Notes under the pieces: model-generated
What the model saw: the letters and a program-made list of their open reading frames with translations, nothing else
The model's database searches: none
What the model was told of the DNA's origin: nothing
Program-made: the position numbers and the translations under genes
Assembly: GCA_963795855.1 (NCBI GenBank)
Contig: CAWCIZ010000001.1
Location: forward strand, 224,001-288,000
DNA from: Vulcanimicrobiota bacterium
Lineage (GTDB): Bacteria > Vulcanimicrobiota > Vulcanimicrobiia > Vulcanimicrobiales > Vulcanimicrobiaceae
Length of the DNA stretch: 64,000 nt
Direction of reading: 5' to 3'
In this document: piece after piece, positions 57,325 through 64,000 of the stretch
Numbering within the stretch: position 1 is the first letter of the stretch
How the letters are laid out: each line of letters starts with the position of its first letter

Positions 57325-58850
57325 CGCGCAGCAGAGCGAGACAGCAGCGCCTCCACGGCGCGAAAGATGCGCGGCACGTACTGGTGTTTGTAGGATTCCG
57401 CAGGCTCGCGGCAATGCACGAGCAGCGCGGCATCCGCTTCAAACACCAGCACGTTGCCGTCCGGCATCAGCGCGCAATCGACTCCGGCGTAATCCAAGCC
57501 GAGCGCTCCCGCAACGTCCGTGAACGTCCGCTCCCAGTGCGCGAACACCGCGCGCGGCTCCCGCAAAAATCGTTCCTCCTCGGCACGCATCCAGTCCACG
57601 CTCGCCGTGGGCGTTTTGATGTAGTGCACCATCCACTCCGGTGAAATCGCCAGATGGTACGCGAACGGCACGCCGTCGACGAGCACCACCCGGTACTTGC
57701 GATAGTAGCCGTCCGCACTGCGGTAATCGACGAACGGTACGGCGTCGAAGCGGTCGTCGGGGTAGCGCGCCAGATACGCTGTCGCGCCGGCCGCATCGTC
57801 CAAGCGCTCGAGCCCGCGGCCGGCGTGCGTATCGATTGGCCGCGCCAAGAGCGGGAACTGCGTACAAGAAGCGAGTTCCTCACGCGCGATGCGCTGCGTG
57901 CGCGGAACGACGCAGCCGAAGACGCCTTTCAATGCATCCGCCAGATGCGGTCGAGCAGTTTTCCAAAGATGTGCCGGCTGGTTGAGAGCGGGCTTCTTTT
58001 GCTGCGTGATGAAGCGCTCGGCCCGCGCCAGCGCATCGTGCGCGCGTTCTGCTTCGCCAATCGCGTTGAAGACGACGTCGTACGGCGGCAGCGCAGCATC
58101 GATCGGATCCGCCGTCAGATAGAGCCGATCCAGTGCCGCCGCGCGCGGATCGATCATGAATTCGAGCGGCGTATTTTGCGCCCATGCGCCCGGAGCGTTC
58201 AAAACGAGAACGCGAACGCTCGCATTCGCCGAATCCGCGCCTGCCGGGTAGAATCGCTTTTGCGCTAGCGCCTGCGCGCGGTACGCTTCCGAAGCGCTCA
58301 TCTCGTCCAAATTGAAAAGCAATTCCGATAGCGCGAGCGCGGCATCGGGCTGCTGCGGATCGACGTCGAGCGATCGGCGGTACGCCGCAATCGCGAGCAG
58401 GACGTGATTGTCTCGCGCAAGGACGTTCGCGAGCGACGCCTGTGCGCTCGCATGGGCCGGATCCAGGCGCACGGCCTCTTCGAGAAGCGCGCGAAGGCGC
58501 TGCGTGGATTCGAATGCGGGCGCCGAGCCATAGCACTCCGCATACGCCGTGATGCGCGGTTCGAGCGCGAGCGCTTCCTCGAAGCGGCGCTGCGCAAGCA
58601 CCGGATCCGGACGCTGCGCGAGAGCCGTTTCACGTGCGGCGCGCGCATCCGCATTTTCGCGGTCGGTTCGCACCGCTGAGAACGCATACGCAATCGCTGC
58701 CGGCAGGTCTCCGCCGAGCAAACACAAGCGCGACATAAGAGCAAGAGCGCGCGCGTCGCGCGGCTCCCGCTCGAGATACTGAGCGCACGAGCGGAAGCTC
58801 GCGAGGTAATCCCGGCGAAGTTCCGCGTCCAGTGCGTCGTCGAGCGTTAC
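57321..58850 (-). CDS. TPR-repeat plus ATP-grasp-like domain protein (start 58736 or upstream at 58850)
   Basis: N-terminal TPR helices; RPIDTHAGRG, YRKYRV, LGLDYAGVD and VFEAD motifs. Confidence 0.8.
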   Translation of the reverse strand, partial: VTLDDALDAELRRDYLASFRSCAQYLEREPRDARALALMSRLCLLGGDLPAAIAYAFSAVRTDRENADARAARETALAQRPDPVLAQRRFEEALALEPRITAYAECYGSAPAFESTQRLRALLEEAVRLDPAHASAQASLANVLARDNHVLLAIAAYRRSLDVDPQQPDAALALSELLFNLDEMSASEAYRAQALAQKRFYPAGADSANASVRVLVLNAPGAWAQNTPLEFMIDPRAAALDRLYLTADPIDAALPPYDVVFNAIGEAERAHDALARAERFITQQKKPALNQPAHLWKTARPHLADALKGVFGCVVPRTQRIAREELASCTQFPLLARPIDTHAGRGLERLDDAAGATAYLARYPDDRFDAVPFVDYRSADGYYRKYRVVLVDGVPFAYHLAISPEWMVHYIKTPTASVDWMRAEEERFLREPRAVFAHWERTFTDVAGALGLDYAGVDCALMPDGNVLVFEADAALLVHCREPAESYKHQYVPRIFRAVEALLSRSAAR

Positions 58851-59521
58851 GGCGAGAAGCCCTCCACGGTGAACGCGACGATTTCGTGCTTCTCGCGGTG
58901 ATTGCTCCAGAAGCGCGCGCCGTCGTACGCCAAAGCGCGTCCCTGAAAATTCACGTGCGCGACGTCTTCGGTTTTCGTCGAGCCGTTTCGTGCGTCGATG
59001 CGCGTGAGGAAATAGCGGTCGCTCTCTTCGTCATCCGTACCGAGCACGTAAAAGACGCCGCCTACGATCGCTTGTCCGCAAACGCCGTGCGGCGTGGCGA
59101 TCACCGAGCCCACGTTGCCGTTGGCGTCCAGCGAGAGAATCTTTTTGTTGTACCATTGGCTGACGTAAAGCCGGTCGCCGTCGAATGCGAGTTGCGAACC
59201 AGTGTCGTCGGGGCATTCGATCGCGCCTTCGTTGCTCTTGAAACCGTGCCCCGGGATATACCGGCGAATGACGCGATGGTCGTCCTCGCCCTCGGAAAGC
59301 AACACGCGCAGCTCATCGCCCATGACGGTGGCGCCGTACGGTTTGCCCGGTGCCGCGCGCTCTTCGCGAACCGTCCAATGCGCGATGTCGATGCTGTACA
59401 GCCGGCACGTTTGGAGCGAACCGATCCAGAGCAACTCGCCGTCGGCGGCGAGCGCTTGCGGCCGCGGCGCCGGCGAAGGCATCCGCATCACTTCCGTTAT
59501 CGTCTTCAGCGTCGTATCCAT
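58847..59521 (-). CDS. Beta-propeller protein (glutaminyl cyclase/YVTN-like)
   Basis: Repeated blades: PQALAADGELLW, SQLAFDGDRLY, RALAYDGARFW. Confidence 0.65.
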   Translation of the reverse strand: MDTTLKTITEVMRMPSPAPRPQALAADGELLWIGSLQTCRLYSIDIAHWTVREERAAPGKPYGATVMGDELRVLLSEGEDDHRVIRRYIPGHGFKSNEGAIECPDDTGSQLAFDGDRLYVSQWYNKKILSLDANGNVGSVIATPHGVCGQAIVGGVFYVLGTDDEESDRYFLTRIDARNGSTKTEDVAHVNFQGRALAYDGARFWSNHREKHEIVAFTVEGFSP

Positions 59522-59649
59522 CCGTGCTACTTTGCCAGATGGCCGGGGTTCCCGCTACGGCAATGCCCTTGCATGGTTTCTCCGAGCAGGCGATGCCATT
59601 TTAGCGCCGCAACAGGACGAGCGGCTGGCGCGCGTGTATGCCCATTTAC

Positions 59650-62600
59650 ATGAATCGGATTGCCGTACTCGTATGTGTCATGGTTTTGGCGCTGCCGTTT
59701 TCGACGCGCGCCGTCAACGCCGCGCCGCCCCAATCCTCGTTCGATAAATTGCAGTGGCGAAGCGTCGGACCGTTCGTCGGCGGACGCGTCGTCGCCGTTT
59801 CGGGCTCGCCGAACAATCCGAACCTGTTTTACATGGGCAGCGTAGACGGCGGCGTTTGGAAGAGCACGGATTACGGCGTGCATTGGGCCAACATCAGCGA
59901 CGGGAAGATTCCGGGCGGCGCCGACAGCATCGGTGCCATCGCCGTCGCACCTTCCGATCCGAACGTCATCTACGTCGGAACCGGTGAAGGCGATCCGCGC
60001 GGGACGATGGTGACGGGCGAAGGTGTATACAGATCGACCGACGGCGGGAAGACGTGGCAGTACGCGGGATTGCGCGACACGCACACCGTGACCGCGATAG
60101 CGATCGATCCGCGTGACGCGAACGTCGCCTACGTTTCCTCGCTCGGACACGTGTTCAAAGACAATCCGGATCGCGGCGTTTTCAAGACGACGGACGGCGG
60201 CAAGACGTGGAGTAAAGTGCTCTACGTCGATGCGAAGACCGGCGGCAACGACGTCGTGATCGATGCGAAGAATCCCAGCACGCTCTACGCGACGATGTGG
60301 CAGATGTACCGCACGCCGTGGAAGCTCTCGAGCGGCGGACCGGGCAGCGGTTTGTATAAATCGACGGACGCGGGCGCGCACTGGACGAAGCTTTCCGGCA
60401 ATCCGGGATTTGCGAAAGGCACGCTGGGCAAGATGGGCGTCGCGGTTTCACCGGCGGATCCGAACGTCGTGTACGCAATCGCGCAAGCGCACGAAGGCGG
60501 CGTGTTCCGGTCGGCGGACGGAGGCGCGACGTGGACGCGCGTAAACAGCGAGATGAAACTGCGCCAGCGGGCTTTTTACTACTTGGCGATTTTCGCCGAT
60601 CCGCAAAACGCCGAACACGGTGTACGCGCCGAACGTCGATGCGCTGTGGATTTCGCACGACGGAGGAAAGACGTGGCACGCGTCCCGTCCGCCGCACGGC
60701 GACAATCACATCGTGTGGGTGAATCCGCACGATTCCAACATCCTGCTCGAAGGCAATGACGGCGGCGCGACGGTTTCGACCGACGGCGGAAAAACGTGGA
60801 GCCCGGAACACAATCAGCCGACGGGGCAGTTCTATCACATTTCGATATCGACGGGCAATTTCCGTTCCACATTTACGGCGCGCAGCAGGACGAAGGGTCG
60901 ATCGAAGGCCCGAGTGCGACGAATCAGGGTGGCGATCCCGCCGGCGACTTGGCGAACCGTTGCGTATGGCGAGAGCACGTTCGTCGCGCCGCAACCCGGG
61001 AAACCCGAACATCACGTACGGCAGCGGCTATTTCAGCATCTTCCTCCGCTATGACATGCGCACCGGCGACATATCGAAGCGTGAGCCCGTGGCCGAATTA
61101 TCTGGAAGGCGCCACCAGCGCAGCAGCACAAGTACCGCTTCGCGTGGACGCACCCGATGCTGTTCTCCCCATCGAATCCGCACGAATTGCTCGCCGGCGC
61201 GCAATACGTGCTGAGCAGCACCGATCGCGGCCGCACGTGGCGCGAATTCTCAGCCCCGATCTGACGCGCAACGATCCCGCGACCGAAGGGCCCACCGGCG
61301 GCCCGATCGAGTTGGATCAAACCAGCGCCGAAGTCTATCCGTACGTCTCGGCTCTTGCGGCGTCTCGCCGCTCAATCGCAATCTGCTGTGGGCCGGATCG
61401 TCCGACGGGTTGGTGCATGTGACCACCGATCACGGCGCGCATTGGCGACGATTACGCCGCCGGGTCTGCCGCAGTACGCGGAGATCAGTTCGATCGAACC
61501 CTCGCACACGGCGCAAGGCACGGCATATCTCACCGCGCAGCGGTACATGTGGGACGACTTCCATCCGTATCGTCTACCGCACGACGATTACGGCGCGCAC
61601 TGGACGGCAATCACCAGCGGGATTCCCGGCGACGAATACGTATTCGTCATTCGGCAAGATCCGCATCAACCGAACCTGCTGTTCGCGGGAACGCGCACGA
61701 CGGTGTCACGTCGAGTTTCAACGGCGGCGCGCCGTGGCAGCCGCTCTCGCTGAATTTGCCGGGCGTTCAAGTGCGCGACATCGCAGATCGATTCGCGCTC
61801 AAGGGCAAGTAGCGATTGCAACGCACGGCCGCGCGTTTTGGGTGCTCGACGATTTGACGGTGCTCGAACAACTCGCGCGCGGAAGCAGCGACGTTCTCTT
61901 CGCGCCGCAAACCGCGTGGCTCACGCATATGTACGGCGGCGGCGCCTTTCCTCGCGCGGACAGCGGGCAAAATCCGCCGTTCGGCGCGACCGTGTTTTTC
62001 AACGTGCCGTCCAATTACAACGGAGGCACCCCCGCGTCGCTGACGTTCAGCGGACGCGAGCGGGCGAACCATCCGCACGTTCCCACTGCACTTAAAGCAA
62101 GGGCGGATCCCGCTGACGCCCGAAGCGCGCGAAAATATGTCGCCCGCGCAAATAAAAGCGGCGACGGAAGAGCAAGCGACGGGAATTGCGGCCGGCATGA
62201 ACCGCTTCCAGTGGGATCTGCGGTATCCCGATGCGACGGACGTTAGCGGATTCTACGTGCCCAGTGCGGCGGGCGGAGAAGACGATTTCCCGATCGGGCC
62301 GCAAGTCGTTCCGGGAAACTATCGCGTGACGTTGCGTTACGGTTCCCGCTCGTGGACGCAGCCGTTTACGGTGGCGCTCGACCCAAACTTACATAGAACT
62401 CCGGCAGCGCTCGCTGCGCGTTTTTCGCTGCAGATGCAGATACGCGATACGCTCGACTCGATGGACCGAGCCATAAATGCCGCGCTGGACGCGCAGCGCC
62501 GGCATGGCCGACGGCGCGCGAAAAACGGCGCTCGATGGCGAGATCGACAAGCTGGTGAACTTGCAGACGCACTCCAGCGAAGGCCCGCTCTCGACCGGCA

Positions 62601-62779
62601 CGCGCACCCGCGATCACCTGGCCTATCTGCAGTCCGACCTCGACTTCGGTTATAACAGTCCGACGGCGGCGCAGTACGCGGTGTTCGCACAGCCTGCACC
62701 GCGAGGCGGTGACCGGGATAGCGCGTCTCCGGGCCCTGACGCACTCATAGCCGAAACTTTTGGGCTGCCGCACCGATAG
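59650..62779 (+). CDS. Secreted BNR/VPS10-type beta-propeller (glycosyl hydrolase-like; many frameshifts)
   Basis: WRSVGPFVGGRV and repeated SxDGGKTW Asp-boxes. Confidence 0.85.
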
Positions 62780-62788
62780 TATGGGCAT

Positions 62789-63082
62789 ATGGCTCTTCCA
62801 GGCATGCTCTACAGCGCGGCGCGCAATTTCAAGCGCGCCTGGCCTCTCGTGCGCGACGAGCGCGTTCCCGTCGGCCTCAAAGCCGTTACGGGCATCCTTG
62901 CGCTCTTCATCATCTCGCCGCTCGACGTGTTCGGCGACATTCCGGTGCTCGGCATGCTCGACGACGCCGTGCTGCTGACGCTGCTGTGCATGCTGTTCGT
63001 GTGGCTGGCCACGCGAAGCATCGAGAAGAACGTCACGCCGCTCCCGCAGCGGCAAATCGGCGGACCGCCCGCGGTGCGCTAG
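62789..63082 (+). CDS. YkvA/DUF1232 family membrane protein
   Basis: ISPLDVFGDIPVLGMLDD motif. Confidence 0.85.
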   Translation: MALPGMLYSAARNFKRAWPLVRDERVPVGLKAVTGILALFIISPLDVFGDIPVLGMLDDAVLLTLLCMLFVWLATRSIEKNVTPLPQRQIGGPPAVR

Positions 63083-63553
63083 CGCCGTAGTTATGCCAAA
63101 GCTCAGAATCCGAAGCGTACGGCCGCCATGCTAAGCACGGCGGCCGTCATCAATTATTCTGCCGAAATTCGCTTGCTGCTGCGGGAGAATGGGACGGTAC
63201 GCAGGTCGTGCGACGCCTGCGCCTCATCGCCGAAAATCCGGGATAATGTACGCAAAGATCGCGTAAGCGAAAGATTGTCCATCGGGCAAAATACCTGCCC
63301 GAAAACGGTGCTTTCGGCTCAGAAACTGGGACGTTTGCACGAGCGTCAAAACCGAAACTTTGTCATTTTCGTGCGTAAAATCGTACCTGAATCAATTCGA
63401 CCATCGATCCGAAAACGTTCGTTTGGCTTTGCAGCATGCAAGCGAGCGTAGTGCAGAGTGCCCCGTACATGGCCTGCCGCTATGCACCCAGGAACGACTC
63501 TTCATGTACCGGTAGACGCCGCGCAAAAGCACACCCTAGGGGAGGACGGTCTT

Positions 63554-64000
63554 TTGCTTTTCAAACGTGTCCCATCGCTGCTTGCAGCGATTGGGCTAGT
63601 CGCTATTTTGCAAGGCTGCGGTGGGGGCAGCAGCAATGCAATTCCGGACACCGGAGCTAACGCTCCGGCCACTATACCCACGGATAGTTCTTCCGGCACT
63701 TTGCCGAGCAGCGCTTCCGCGGATCTTTCGCCGATGTCTTTGACGCTCGGCGCGACAACATATCCGACGAATACATTCATGCCCACGTCGACGACCGGCC
63801 GTATCAGCTCGTTTCAGATCTTCGACGAAACGGGCAACGGGATCATCAGCGCCGCAGCGGCGGCGGCCGACGGTTACCGGTATACCGCGGTATGGGGCGT
63901 ACGCCCGGGCATGGGAGCGACCTGGCGGGTAAGCAATGCGAGCCTGCGCAGTTCCTACTACTTCTTGGCGGACTCCGACATGAGCACCAGCGCCTGGGGC
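63554..64000 (+). CDS. Hypothetical lipoprotein, 3' truncated
   Basis: GGAGG RBS, TTG start, LQGC-GGG lipobox; frame open to the window end. Confidence 0.7.
   Translation, partial: MLFKRVPSLLAAIGLVAILQGCGGGSSNAIPDTGANAPATIPTDSSSGTLPSSASADLSPMSLTLGATTYPTNTFMPTSTTGRISSFQIFDETGNGIISAAAAAADGYRYTAVWGVRPGMGATWRVSNASLRSSYYFLADSDMSTSAWG

Noticed and set aside
1..64000. tRNA, rRNA, transposase, integrase or defence genes
   Set aside because: None recognised by eye; a covariance-model scan would be needed to exclude small RNAs.

Overview
GC-rich bacterial chromosomal window. Gene style suggests Ca. Eremiobacterota/Vulcanimicrobiota, which is an inference only. Many genes, including conserved housekeeping ones, are broken by single-base indels. 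These look like long-read assembly errors, so fragments were joined into genes. Content in order: MFS end, panB, pepA, purM, GNAT-purN fusion, FkbM methyltransferase, Zn metalloprotease, hom-metY-metX operon, argB divergent from argF-argR-argG-argH, an accessory block (about 18.8-27.2 kb), S53 peptidase, peptide ABC binding protein, tsaD, a complete actinobacterial-type cytochrome bcc-aa3 cluster, a PoxB/enolase/FAD-FeS/SDR/glycoside hydrolase operon, MacAB plus a two-component system, low-complexity secreted proteins, TPR-ATP-grasp and a BNR-repeat protein. Two elements missing from the ORF track stand out. (1) A candidate new RiPP locus: a 53-aa precursor (26961-27122, minus) with a perfect RBS, a YxxPxL leader motif and a Cys2/Asp/Asn-rich core. 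It is followed by a strong hairpin, a JmjC 2OG-Fe(II) oxygenase, a 3-His cupin and a second, convergent JmjC paralogue, next to a GT39/beta-propeller/CmcI-methyltransferase operon. (2) A probably leaderless Met/Cys-rich peptide (MPISYSPMFCMCCCR...) followed by an intrinsic terminator upstream of hom-metY-metX, i.e. a ribosome-sensing sulfur amino acid attenuator.
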